From assembly GCA_951406725.2 (NCBI GenBank), contig OX597816.1:4278001-4342000 (forward strand): a DNA stretch of 64,000 nucleotides, read 5' to 3'. A model generated the notes under the pieces. It did no database searches and was not told the origin of the DNA. It saw nothing but the letters and a program-made list of their open reading frames with translations. Shown piece by piece: positions 12,405 to 25,687 of this stretch (position 1 is its first letter; each line of letters begins with the position of its first letter). The translations under genes and the position numbers were made by a program. This stretch comes from Octopus vulgaris (lineage: Eukaryota).

Positions 12405-12711
12405 GAGTCAAGTCTGTTGGTTCGAGGAGCACAACTATTCAACTCCATTCCGGTACATGTCAGAAATCTATCAGGATGCAGTGTGGAATCATTCAAATTG
12501 CAGCTGGATAGATACTTAAGCACCATTAGAGATGAACCCCATCTCCCAGGATATACACAACGAGCACAAACTGACTCAAACTCGCTCCTACACATGTCAA
12601 AATTAAACAGAGAATACAACCTGGCAACCACACCAGACCCTGAGGGTGGAGTCTTCGACTTGGCCTGAGCATAGACTCAAACTCAAAAGAAATGAAATGA
12701 AATGAAATGAA
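12405..12711 (+). mobile_element. CR1/L2-type LINE 3' end (second family) with (GAAAT)n tail
   Basis: VRGAQLFNSIPVHVRN...SVESFKLQLDRYLSTIRDEP is a typical ORF2 C-terminus; tail at 12689-12711. Confidence 0.8.
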
Positions 12712-13200
12712 TACTTTTATACATACGATGCCATCACAAATTTGTAGCAATCGATCGTGATACGTGGGTTGGCCGTCCTGAGTGGGTGAGACGTAGAGTA
12801 AGTACGCGAAATTCTATGAAAGAACTCAATAGGATTATATTGAGATTATTCACGTTCAGAAGATGTGGAGAGAGAATCTTTTGCAAGAATCCAGACTAGA
12901 GCTCCTGATTTAGCCTTGGTGACTTCTTCCATTTCTTACAAAAGATCATTAGTGCGTACCTTTTTTTTCCTTGCGTCTACACTATAACAAAGTAGAACTT
13001 AGTGACAACCATGTACTACTCAGGCAAAACGACAGGGTGAGAAAGAATGCAGTTTCCATCTGGAATAGTAACCGAGTCACGTTTTCAACTTATTGCGACA
13101 ATCTATAGCAGTGAACAAATCAAATTTTTGTTTCGTTACTTGAATTCATTGTTAATTGCTGCCAAAGAAAATCAGAAGATAACAATATTAGAGGCACATG

Positions 13201-13790
13201 TAAGGCGGCGAGCTGCCAGAAACGTTAGCACGCCGGGCGAAATGCGTAGCCGTATTTCGGCTGCCGTTACGGTCTGAGTTCAAATTCCGCCTAGGTCGAC
13301 TTTGCCTTTCATCCTTTCGGAATCGATAAATTAAGTACCAGTTACGCACTGGGGTCGATATACTCGACTTCATCCGTTTGTCTGTCCTTCTTTGTCGTCT
13401 CTGTGTTTAGCCCCTTGTGGGTAGTAAAGAAATAGGTAGTTCGTCTGCCGCTACGTTCTGAGCTCAAATTCCGCCGAGGTTGACTTTGCCTTTCATCCTT
13501 TCGGTATCGATAAATTAAGTACCAGTTACGCACTGGGGTCGATATAATCGACTTAATCCGTTTGTCTGTCCTTGTTTGTCCACTCTATGTTCAGCCCCTT
13601 GTGGATAGTAAAGAAATAGGTGTTTCGTCCGTCTTTAACGCTCTTAGTTCCAACTCTCTCCAGGTAGACTTTGCCGTTCATTCTTTCGAGAGCGATGAAA
13701 TAAATACCAGTTGAATACTGGGGTCGATGTAATCCACTAGACCTCTTCCACCAAATTTCAGGGCTTGTGCCTATAGTAGAAAGAAATATT
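13201..13790 (+). mobile_element. SINE family B tandem multimer (three bodies, 184-bp period)
   Basis: aattaagtaccagttacgcac at 13329 and 13513; the last unit ends with the alternative tail cttgtgcctatagtagaaaga. Confidence 0.9.
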
Positions 13791-14168
13791 AGAGGCCCAT
13801 ATCTAACCATCGCTGAAGAAATTAACGTTAATTTGAGCGTGACAATATTTTCATTTTAGTCAATGTATGGAACTAAACAAATCTATAAGAATCAATACTT
13901 CTCTCTATAGATGCCGTCATAACACTTTAAATGAACAAAATATATTAGTTCTTGTTATGAGACACGAAGCCAGAACGTTAAAAGTATATGTATGCAAGTC
14001 TTTGTGTGTGTATAGCGGGGTGTATACTCAATTTATATTTTTCAGAGCGAGCCAAGAAAATATTTCGAGATCTCGGAAGACAAAATGGTGAAAGACTACC
14101 ATGAAGCAGGACTAGGGGGGATACGCTGAAACAAACTATTTTACTTCATGGTCAAGTTCTAAGAGAAA

Positions 14169-14561
14169 TCTCTCTCTATATAAAGCTGAAGTTGTCTGTG
14201 TATGGCAGGTTTGGTAGCCTTCAACTAACACTATCTCCTCCGAGACCCTGCGGCGCAAGTTGACTAAAATTGAGAGTATAATAGACGAAGACTTGCTCTT
14301 TATTCTGTAGAAGAAACATTTCAAATCGGACCATGTTAACACCAAAACTTATTTACATCAAAAAGGTGCTTTTTTTTCTATGAAAATCCCTATTTTTTAC
14401 ACTTTTTTCACTGCTGTGTTGCCATTTTTCGGTGTATTTCAACCAGAAAAATGTTCACTTAAAGAAAATAACACGCTACATAATGCAAAATTTTTACTTT
14501 TCAAAAATTCCAATTCTAAAGGGTCGAAACAAACCCGAGCAACGCCGGGCGATTCTGCTAG
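14169..14561 (+). mobile_element. Non-autonomous Helitron, family H1
   Basis: A|TC start, subterminal hairpin cccgagcaacgccggg, CTAG|T end, no TSD; copies at 41175 and 49713. Confidence 0.9.
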
Positions 14562-15602
14562 TAATAAAATAAATCTGAAAACTTGACGTCATTCGAATTT
14601 GAGGACTCTAAGCGTTAAGCCATTACCAAGCAGCTTTTAAGCAACGTTCAAACAACTTTTTCTCAATCATTTTTCATCTCTATTTTCTCCATTTATTTAT
14701 TTTCTTTTTCAGTAACGTTTTGCTTGTCTTCACTCACCGGCAGCTTCTCTCTTGTTCGCCAGTTCAAAAAGTGTTGACTTTGAAAAGCTTAATGTCACAC
14801 AAACATTCTTTAAGGCACACAACACTTACTTCAATATCGGAATTACTTTGTATTTTTATCTATATTCTGCACTTAACAAAAGCACTGACATTCTACTAAT
14901 ATGAAAAACTTAATGAGTCTGAAATTTACAGGCGAGCGCAAATATTAGCTATTTTATGGTCTATATTAGTTCGTTTACAGAACTATTTCAACTCATTGAT
15001 TGAAGGTGGTATTTTACTGTTTCCACTTTAATTCGCCAATTCAGGAAGTTGCACTTCAGGAATTTTACGGTAGAGTTGAATATCGAACTGAGTTCCTTGT
15101 CAAACTAGCTCGGAAATCGACTTGTAGCTAACCTTATAATGGTTATCTTGTAATTCAAGAGCTTAAAGAAATGCTTCTCGTTGTAAGAGTTTGAGGTTAT
15201 TTTTAAACGGCATTGCTTTCACCGTATGAGGTGGACGAAAGCGACTTAACTTCAATGCTAAACAATATCGTAAATGAAGTAGTTTAAATCTGTTAGCAGA
15301 CGACATCGCCGGTCAAGAAGCAGGAAAACCTAATTATAGTTTCTATGGAAACAAAGGCAAGATAAACGTTTTTAATCAAAGAGGGGTTTTTTTACTTGTT
15401 TTTTCTTTCGATATTATACGAACATATATTTATAAAGGTAAAAATACATCAGATGGCAAGCTATAACATATATCTATCTATCTATCTATCTATCCATCTA
15501 TCTATCTACCTATCTGTCTCTATGTCTACCTATCTATCTGTCTGTCTCTCTGTCTATCTATCTATCTATCTATCGATCGGTCAATCGTTCTATTGATCTC
15601 CC

Positions 15603-15647
<45 letters not shown>

Positions 15648-15726
15648 GTATGATATACCTGTGGTGAAAAAATAGCAAATACAAAACCAAAGTCAAGTAA
15701 CAAAGCAGGAAAAGTTTACAATTCGT

Positions 15727-15750
15727 ATTATTATTGTTGTTGTCGTTATG

Positions 15751-15803
<53 letters not shown>

Positions 15804-15804
15804 G

Positions 15805-15839
<35 letters not shown>

Positions 15840-15876
15840 CATTATTATCATTATTATTATTATTATTATTATTATG

Positions 15877-15914
<38 letters not shown>

Positions 15915-15940
15915 CATTATTATCATTATTATTACTATTA

Positions 15941-15977
<37 letters not shown>

Positions 15978-16014
15978 CATTATTATCATTATTATTATTA
16001 TTATTATTATTATG

Positions 16015-16049
<35 letters not shown>

Positions 16050-16107
16050 CATTATTATCATTATTATTATTATTATTATTATTATGATTATTATTATTAT
16101 TATTATG

Positions 16108-16142
<35 letters not shown>

Positions 16143-16179
16143 CATTATTATCATTATTATTATTATTATTATTATTATG

Positions 16180-16217
<38 letters not shown>

Positions 16218-16243
16218 CATTATTATCATTATTATTATTATTA

Positions 16244-16307
<64 letters not shown>

Positions 16308-16344
16308 TATTATTATTATCATTATTATTATTATCATTATTATG

Positions 16345-16427
<83 letters not shown>

Positions 16428-16447
16428 TACTATTATTATTATTATTA

Positions 16448-16500
<53 letters not shown>

Positions 16501-16502
16501 TT
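15727..16502. repeat. About 775-bp (ATT)n microsatellite with patterned ATC/ATG interruptions
   Basis: Direct reading; explains the poly-Ile ORFs on both strands. Confidence 0.97.
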
Positions 16503-16719
16503 AAAACTGTGAGAAACGGAATGAGTTAATTGTTAAAAGATTTCGGATGTCATTCATCGGATAGTAGTGAATAAGGTACGTGAAATTGATCTATGTGCTA
16601 ACTGTCGACAGACAGGTATATACACACATAAATACATACATACATACATGGATTCTTTGGTAATAACAAAGACCCAAACTGCAAGCAGCTCGTAGCAAAA
16701 CATATTGAGAGTTATAAGA

Positions 16720-17209
16720 ATTTAGGCCGTAGAATGTCATTAAAATGTACACATTTTGCATTCGCATTTTGACATTTTCCGTGAAAACTTTGGTCAAGTG
16801 AGTGAGGAACATGGTGAGAGATTCTATCTGGATACCAAAGAAGATGGAACACTTCAAAGATGGGGGACTATGGTGCGTACAGATATAGGCGCTCAGCGTA
16901 GCAGAGCACGATATTCGGTGGATTTCTAGTAAAATCTTAAAATCTCATCATAGGTTTGCTTACATTTCTCATTAGCTTAAAAGTAAATATTCGGACAAAA
17001 TATTTTCAGTTCCTATTAATGTACAATGAGAATACGTTGAATAATGTACTAGCGCAGATAAATGTTGTTCCCATTCTCTAGAAAACCACACTTATCTCCT
17101 AAAATATCGATACTATGCAATTTCCAAGGTAGATTTGAAATCAGGATAAAACAAATTACTCTAGAAACACTGAAAACATTTGGAGAAGCAAAACTTGTGT
17201 TACCCAGTA
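16720..17209 (+). mobile_element. Chapaev3-like (CMC) DNA transposon remnant: transposase C-terminus plus probable right terminus
   Basis: With one frameshift reads RMSLK-VHILHSHFDIFRENFGQVSEEHGERFYLD, matching the MSLK.H.LHSH.D.F.EN.G..S.E.GERFHQD motif I associate with Chapaev3; ends aaacttgtgttacccagt. Confidence 0.6.
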
Positions 17210-17674
17210 TTATTTAAACGAGCTAAATGTAAATCAACGGAAAAACAAGTCACATTAATAAGACATTAATTTTTCGCCTCCAACATCGGTTTAAATTAAT
17301 GCAGACATATAACTGTTAAATCTAGCAAATTTTAATTATAATAAATATATTTTGCCGCCTAAAAGCATGTATATCATATAAAAATGACCATAAAAATAAA
17401 CATGGAGCCTCTGTGCTGCAAGGGGAGCGACGAAAATAAAGACTTAACTCTTCACGTAACAGCTGCTCGCCACCAAGGGACCGCTTCTTATTTTGGAGTA
17501 GTTTACAATAATTACTGTAATTATTGTGGGATTTACAAAATAAAACACAAATATGCATCACAACCTACTCACAAACTGTAAAACAACGAACGGCAGAAGA
17601 AGTTATTACTCACTGAATAGGAAAAGCGGTGTTTTTTCATATGTTGATTTTAATCAAAGATTTATCACTATAGA

Positions 17675-17838
17675 CACCGATGTGGCTGTGTGGTAAGAAG
17701 CTTACTTTCCAACCATATGGTTCCCGGTTCAGTCCCATTGTGTGGCACGTTGGGTAAGTGTTTTCTACTATATTCTTGGGACGACCAAAGCCTTATGAAT
17801 GGATTTGGTAGACGGAAACTGAAAGTAGATCGTCGTAT
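17675..17838 (+). mobile_element. SINE family A 5' half, followed by (TG)n
   Basis: gtggctgtgtggtaagaagc...cggttcagtccc...ggatttggtagacggaaactgaaag. Confidence 0.85.
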
Positions 17839-17842
17839 GTAC

Positions 17843-17917
<75 letters not shown>

Positions 17918-18269
17918 TAATATAATCTGTGTGATAACCTCACTTTGTAACACTTTTATGTCACTCCAACAATTTGTGTTGCCCAGAATCTAACGAACTG
18001 ATTAGTGGAAAGTAATGGGTATGGTATACCTGAGAAGACTCAAAAGACATCCGACAGTGCTTAAACGCATTCCACCCGAGGAAGCACCAGCACACACCTG
18101 TCGCTGAATCATTTATTTATTTAGTTACTCTAAAGAATAATATTATACAATAGTACATAAATGTAAGCTCTGCAACATAAAGTTGGTGTCCAGTGCAGAA
18201 ACAAATGTTGTGATTTGCTATTAAAGCGCTTGCTATTTCCATTTCCGTGTTATATAAATCTTACATATG

Positions 18270-18336
<67 letters not shown>

Positions 18337-19103
18337 TTGTTTGTATGTATACATACATACATACTTATATATATTTATGTATATATATATATATATATGT
18401 ATATATATACCTTCACACATGTGTGAGTTTGCGTGTGCTTTCTTCTGAGGAAACTTGTCGCTAACTTTATTGGAAATATTCCGCTAATACTGGTAATCTT
18501 CTAGAAATCTAAAGTTGCAATATAATAGTTAATTTTAAGAAAAGGATTTCGAAATAACCGTTATGTCATATTGAATTTCAAATTAATTTGACAGCATTCG
18601 CATTCCATGTAATCAGAATTAGTTATCTGAGATTTCCTTCCTCTCAGAAAGACAATCTTTGAGAAACTGCAGGCTGGCTTCATAATTCTATCTGGATATC
18701 TTGGCTCAATTGAAATATATTCATAGCAAATTCTACTTCGCCTTCGCTATCAGAAGAAAGAACTGAATAAGGAGCGATAATTTTGGAAATAATTAAGCAC
18801 GATTCTTTGCCTGAAATAGCTTTTTCATTAAATTGGCGTTGGAATCATTTTTGCCATAAATATATATTTGGCATTTAATTATACTCTGGATTAAAATGGG
18901 AATTTATAAATAGTATAAAATCCCTTTTCAGTGTGAAATGACTAGCATATAATTAAAAATAGACCTCCTCACCTCAACAGTTAGGTATTTTTCTGATATA
19001 ATTCCAGGACGATCAACAGGGAATGTCTTCATTATACACCCACTCATACATATACATATAAACACACAATTTACACACGCTTAACTATATGTATATATTT
19101 ATC

Positions 19104-19220
19104 GGCGCAGGAGTGGCGGTGTAGTAAGTAGCTTGCATACCAACCACATCGTTCCGGGTTCAGTTCCACTGCGTGACACCTTGGGTAAGAGTCTTCTACT
19201 AGAGCCTCGCGCCGACCAAA
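19104..19220 (+). mobile_element. SINE family A head, truncated
   Basis: ggcgcaggagtggcggtgtagtaag...gggttcagttccactgcgtg...gccgaccaaa. Confidence 0.85.
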
Positions 19221-19628
19221 CCTAGCAAAAAGGATCTGTATTATAGTTTCTAATGCAAGCACCAGGGACACACGACTACATGAAATAAAGGATACACTCA
19301 TCACAAGGAACTACCCACCTTCACTAATTGACATATGCATTCAACGTGCCCTACAAATCAACTTCCACGAACTCAGATATCCCAAATTAAAGGAATTTAC
19401 AACGAAAAGCCCTACCATACATCTCCACACACAACCCTCTTAACAATGATGCCTTCGATACCATCCTTCAAAACACTCCCCTGCAGAAAAAGGACCACAG
19501 AATGAACTTAATCCTACAAACACACACCATCATAAAAAGCAAGAGACAGCACAAATCTATGAAAAGTTTCCTAACACAATAACAACACTGAAGCCGTCAG
19601 TAAAAAATGCGGAAGACCCAACTGTGGA
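19221..19628 (+). mobile_element. Penelope-like element fragment (linker between RT and GIY-YIG)
   Basis: LAKRIC...RLHEIKDTLITRNYPPSLID...LPYISTHNP...IIKSKRQ...KKCGRPNC, homologous to 23310-23740. Confidence 0.75.
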
Positions 19629-20044
19629 TATAATTGTATTGTTAAACACAGGATAATGGCAATAATATAGCATGAACAGCATAAACTATCCATATTTTGC
19701 AGAAAAATGTGTCCGCGGCCAGCCATATAACTCGAACTCACATCCCTGTGATTACGCATCATGATTAAGCCAAACTGCCTCAACGACAAATTCTCCTGCA
19801 AAATTAGGATATATAAATCTAGCTTTATATGATGTTATCGTATGTTAAATGCAACTTACGTTGAAAGTAAACAAAGTTTGCTTTGGAAGCGTTGCGATGT
19901 ATTGAAAGATACAGATATTGTTAGCACCATCCTGCTTTTGAGAATAAATTGGTTTCCTTAGCCGTATCTTATCTGACCCCTCCGCTCTAACTACTGAGAA
20001 GTAGTGCAGTGACAAAAATAAGGCATGACAAAAATAAGACTGAT

Positions 20045-20337
20045 GAATAATGCTCATAAGAACTGCTCATATCCTACGAAAAATATTGTCTATGTAATCC
20101 CAAAGGTATTTTAACTTGTCGGGGCCCTGAGAACAGTGAGTAAAAATCTTGGGAAGTACGTGGAACAAATAGGGGCTGCAATAAGGATGGAGCACTTGTA
20201 GAAAACAGCACAGCTTGGAACCGCTCGAATACTCCGGAAGGTGCTCAAAAAATAAGAGGTGTTACCTTAGTTCACTGGTAGTGAACAGCTGAGACTGTAG
20301 TACATCTCCAGCGTTAGAAGCTGTGCAAAGGCAATGA
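20045..20337 (+). mobile_element. Two stacked 3' ends of R4/Dong-like RLE retrotransposons
   Basis: TAHILRKILSM* (about 20045-20096), then VGALRTVSKNL...LGTARILRKVL plus 3' UTR ending in (AAT)n. Confidence 0.7.
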
Positions 20338-20340
20338 TTA

Positions 20341-20394
<54 letters not shown>

Positions 20395-20400
20395 TATTAT

Positions 20401-20445
<45 letters not shown>

Positions 20446-20451
20446 AATAAT

Positions 20452-20699
20452 AATTCCTATCATAGTAGGTGCATTAGGCATGATAAAAAAATATTCAGAC
20501 AAATACATAACAAAAACACCAGGACTTACAAACACATATAACATACAGAAAATTGCACTACTAGGCACTGCATACATCCTACGCAGAACACTTTCCATAC
20601 AATAACCATCAGAGCATCACAACAAATCACAGCACATACCCAAGGCACACAGAGCTGCGCTCGGTAGTGAAGTGAAAGCACGCTATAAAAATAAAACTA

Positions 20700-20702
<3 letters not shown>
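20452..20702 (+). mobile_element. R4/Dong-like RLE retrotransposon 3' end inserted in (AAT)n
   Basis: IPIIVGALGMIKKYS...IQKIALLGTAYILRRTLSIQ*; nearly identical to 55691-55942; AAT repeats on both sides. Confidence 0.85.
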
Positions 20703-20752
<50 letters not shown>

Positions 20753-21524
20753 CAATACCATAAGCTGCCCTCGACGCGAAACTTTTCTCAATTCCGTTAA
20801 CGTATTTAGCAAAGATATCATGATGTATTTTACACAGGAAAGAGTATGAGATGACAATAACCAACAGGCAAGCAAATAATTTATGTCGGTGAGAGGAGAT
20901 AACACTAGCTGTGAACAATTCTAGTTTCCCTTATACACTTAATTAAAGCTGAAGTTAAAACCTATGCGTGAAATATGCAGTAAAAGGAATGAGAAGAAAG
21001 GAATATCTTAAGTCAACGTATTTATAAATTCATTCTAAAAGCAGGACTACTATCTGTGTCAATAACACATTCGCAGCGATAACGATAACATATGGGTCTG
21101 CAGAATTGGATTGGAGTAGAGCAGAAATCTACTAAAAGAACCCCACGTAATTACATCAGGAGAAGGAAAAGTAATGGTGGACTATCACTTCAGTGTGAAG
21201 AAGTAATTTAAGAAAGCGGTTAATTAATCATGTTTATTACTACCTTTTCTACTCGTAATAAGGCCAACAACACGTTGACGTTGAGTATGGTAGCACAAAA
21301 GGTAATAAGCCATTTATCACTTCAGCAACAAAACTATCTCAGGAAATTTAATTCGATTTCCAACTCGCCTCTTAAACCAACGGTGAAAACTACACATTAT
21401 TGAACAACGTAAGTTAATGATGAGGAAAAAATCTCATAAAAACAAGCCTTTCTATGGCCATCCCAATTGAGCAGTAAAAGCAACAATATCTGCCACATTA
21501 TATCATGCTATCTTTAAGAGATAA

Positions 21525-21920
21525 TTTGGTTTTAAATTTAGTCACAAGGGCAGCAGAATTACATCGACCCCGAAAGGATGAAAGACAAAGTGAACCTCAG
21601 CGGAATTTGAACTCAGAACGTAAAGACGGACGAAATGATGCTATGCATTTCCCCCGGAGTGCTAACAATTCAACCAGCTCGCCGCTTTATCTTAAAGGGA
21701 TTATTGGTTTCAAATTTTAGCACAAGGTCAGCAATTTCCGGTGAGGGGCTAAATCGATTACATCGACCGCAGTACTTTACTCGTATTTATTTCATTGACC
21801 CCGAAAGAAGGAACAACAAAGATAACCTCGGTGGAATTTGAACACAGGACGTAAAGACGGAACAAATGGCGCTAAGCATTTTATCTGGAGTGCTGACGAT
21901 TTTGTCAGCTCGTAGCCATA
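21525..21920 (-). mobile_element. Two decayed SINE family B copies
   Basis: atcgaccccgaaaggatgaaag...cggaatttgaactcagaacgtaaagacgg occurs twice. Confidence 0.75.
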
Positions 21921-22917
21921 TCTTTAAAAAGTTTTATAAAGAAATAGTTGCTCACATTTCCTACGATGCCGCCGACAATTTTTTCTTGCGCTAATGTTTT
22001 CTGAAGTCTTACATGAGTTCCAACAAATATATTCGAAAAAGGAAGAGAAACAAACAATAACGTGTTAAAATGATTTTACATACAGCCTGTCACTGAAATT
22101 CAACTCTTGGCTGAAATTCTCTGGAAGGAAGAAAAGCAAAGTGAAGGAAGATATAGACAGAGAGAGAGAGAAAGAAAGAGAGAGGGGGAGATAGGTTTCA
22201 GGACAATCAAGAAAGAGGAAGAAAAATAAAGGAGGAGGAAAGGATAGATAGATAGATAGAGAGGTTTCTTTTCAGTTTGATATGGTCAACTCATTGAAAT
22301 TTCATTACAAAGCATTTTTCTTTTTTTCTTCTTTTTTCTCTTCCTCCTCTTTCCCTTTTCATTGTATACCTATCAACATATTTGTCAATAAACATATTTT
22401 CTCACAAGGGCTAGGTGACCTTTCAAAATGTCAATTTTAGGAAGTAGGATGGGAAAGATAAGGGTTCGGTCATCACTGGAAATGAAAAGTGTTCAAAGTT
22501 CTATGTAAATGTATATTCCTTTACACTTGTTTATTCAAATCCTATATTCTGTGTAATTCCATGTTTTGCACGAACAAACATCAAATATTGGCACAACATA
22601 CACACACACAACACATACGCATATAATATGAGTAATAGAAGATGGAAGATACGAGAATATTTACTGATAACTACATCGTGTCAGCCCATCTAGGATCGAT
22701 GCCTCACGAATGAGATTACTGAGCAACTCGTTTAGGAGTACTCGACGGTGTAGATGTGTCTCTTCGGGTGATTACAAGATGTATCCTTCTAAAATAATGT
22801 CTGTTCCGCAAGTTCTCTTCTCGGTATACGTATAGAAAAACAGCAAATTAAGGGATACAGTTTCATTATTATAGGTAAATAAAAATCAGATGCAAGAAGA
22901 AACAAATACACAATACA

Positions 22918-22943
<26 letters not shown>

Positions 22944-22953
<10 letters not shown>

Positions 22954-24463
22954 AATAGTAAAAAGTGAAAAAACTACAGAAGGCTTGTTTTAAAAGGTTA
23001 AAAAATATATATTTGAGTCAATATGTCTGAAGAATGTTATCAATTTTTTTCTTACAATGACATAGTTTTATACTCTGGAATGAAAACACAGATAAACACC
23101 TAAAATTTAAAAACCTATTGAACGGCATAAACCCAAATATACAGTTCACAATGGAATACAACCAAAAGGAGCTCCCATTCTTGGATCTACTAATTTAAAA
23201 AATTAACCTTAAAATAGAAACAGACATTTTTTACAAAGCTACAGACGCCAAACAATACCTTCTTTTTAATTCATGCCACTCAAGACACACTAAAACAAAC
23301 ATCCCCTTCAATCTTGCAAGAAGGATATGCACAATAGTGTCAGAACAAAATACCAGGAACTTTAGACTGCAAGAACTCAAAAACACCCTAATTGACAGAC
23401 ATTACCCAGCTCAACTCATAGAGGATGGGATCAGACGTGCAACAGAAATCAACATAGAAACTTTAAGAAAAGTTCAACACAACAACACACCTTCCCCGAA
23501 AATACTACCTTACATATCCACATACAACCCCAGAAACAAAGAAGCCTTCACCATCATCATCCAGAATTTACCAATACTTCATAAGGACCCCAAATTAAAG
23601 GAAATTCTAAACATACACCAAATCATTAAAAGCTACAAACAACCTAAATCACTTAAAAAGATTCTCACAAAGGCAATATTGTTTTCTGAAATTACGGATG
23701 CAAAAGTAAAAAAAAATGTGGTAGATCGAACTGTGCAACATGTCCAAACCTGCTAGAAGGATCAGAATTCCTCTTCAAAGAGGGACAGAAATTCAAGATC
23801 AAATCTAATTTTAGTTGTGCCGCTGAAAACATAATTTATGTCATAAAATGCTCGGGCTGCCACCAAGACTACGTGGGATCCACGGGACTATCACTCAGAC
23901 GTAGATGCACACTGCATCGACAACAGATTGCATTCCCAGAATACAGAATGATACCATTTAGTGAGCACATTGAGAAATGCGCAAAGCAACTACTACCACA
24001 ATTTTTAATCTTTCCATTTTTCCAATGTGCTATCGGATCATCAACACAAATTAGACTAAACAAGGAAACATTCTTCATTGAAAAGTACAAGCCCAGACTT
24101 AACCATTCCAACATACTTATACAGAGAAATTCACTCCAAAGGAAAGACAAAAAAATTTAAGCGATTATCTCCCTTACACCGGAAGAAATCACTTATTACC
24201 TCCCCTTATTTGGAACTCAACATAAACATAACGATAACTCTTCGCAACGTAAACATAACGATGTAAGAAATTTGAAAAGCTGAACGCGAAACCGGTCATT
24301 TCTTCTAAACTATGTCATTGTAAGAAAAAATTGATAACATTCTTCAGACATATTGACTCAAATATATATTTTTTAACCTTTTAAAACAAGCCTTCTGTAG
24401 TTTTTTCACTTTTTACTATTTTCTATATATTCAACCACGTGCTTTCACAACTTTCTCATCTCA

Positions 24464-24470
<7 letters not shown>
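22944..24470 (+). mobile_element. 5'-truncated Penelope-like retroelement: RT C-half, GIY-YIG endonuclease, 3' pseudo-LTR and inverted 5' partial pseudo-LTR
   Basis: NPNIQFTME...LPFLDL...FYKATD.KQYL.FNSCH; C..C..C zinc linker; IIYVIKCSGCHQDYVGSTG..LRRR..LH (GIY-YIG); 22944-23068 is the reverse complement of 24307-24430; contains stops and frameshifts. Confidence 0.92.
24265..24304 (+). ncRNA. Minimal type I hammerhead ribozyme with U3-A8 covariant core
   Basis: aagaaat TTGAAAA gc-tgaac-gc GAAA ccg GTC atttctt: 7-bp stem I, palindromic stem III ACCGGT, predicted cleavage after 24297. Confidence 0.75.
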
Positions 24471-24502
<32 letters not shown>

Positions 24503-24513
24503 CATATATATAT

Positions 24514-24603
<90 letters not shown>

Positions 24604-25263
24604 GCGCACACTAATATACATGAAGAGAGTGAAAGAGACAGAGGTAGGGGAAAACGAGAGATGGAGAAATGTAGTGAAGGCTTATAATCATTTTCGCTGT
24701 TTCTCTTTACGTCTCTCTCTCTCTCTCACGCACACACACACACACACGCTCTTTCTCTCTCTTTCTCCCTCTCACTCCCCTTTTGGATCATGGTTCTTAG
24801 CTGTTCCTATAACACCAGCGCTGATATGAACAGATGATTTTAAAATGGAGTATCTGAGTACAGAGTTACTTCAGTGTGTAATATCGTCTGATATTAAACT
24901 GAAAACAATGATTAAAAGAGGCTTTGTTATAACCTGTCAACGTCTGTCAGGTTTTGATAAAATATTCTCAAAGAAATATTTATATTTTTGTTTAACCTTA
25001 TCTTACATGAAGTATTGTCGAAAGATATTACTGTAAATTCAGAAAAATTTCAACAAAACGCTCACAGCTGATTGTGACATTTCAGAATAAAAATATGATC
25101 AATAGAGTTATGTCCCCTACGTAAGCATTCAATTGTTTCACTCGCCTCTGTTCTTCACGCCCTTTAAGTATTGGTCGCATCAATTACACACATACACGTT
25201 TATACACATACACGTTTATACACATACATACATTTGTGTGTATACGTGTACCTATATTTACAT

Positions 25264-25336
<73 letters not shown>

Positions 25337-25341
25337 ATGTA

Positions 25342-25380
<39 letters not shown>

Positions 25381-25625
25381 GTATGTACTATGTACGTGTG
25401 TGCGTATTTTATTTTTCCTTTCCTTCGAAAATTGCTATTAATTGTGGTTTTGGCCGTTTTGGCTGCTTCTTCTAGTATGTAAAAATTACCTGTTAAAGGG
25501 TAGTTTTCTCTTGTGTTTAAATGTACACTATTTTAAAATATGAATATGTTGTCTATTGACTATTTATACATGCTAGGCCACTGGTGGTGATATTTCTAAC
25601 CGCTACCCTATATATGTATCTTATG

Positions 25626-25687
<62 letters not shown>

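Noticed and set aside
15693-16512. 250-aa poly-Ile ORFs
   Set aside because: Translation of an (ATT)n microsatellite.
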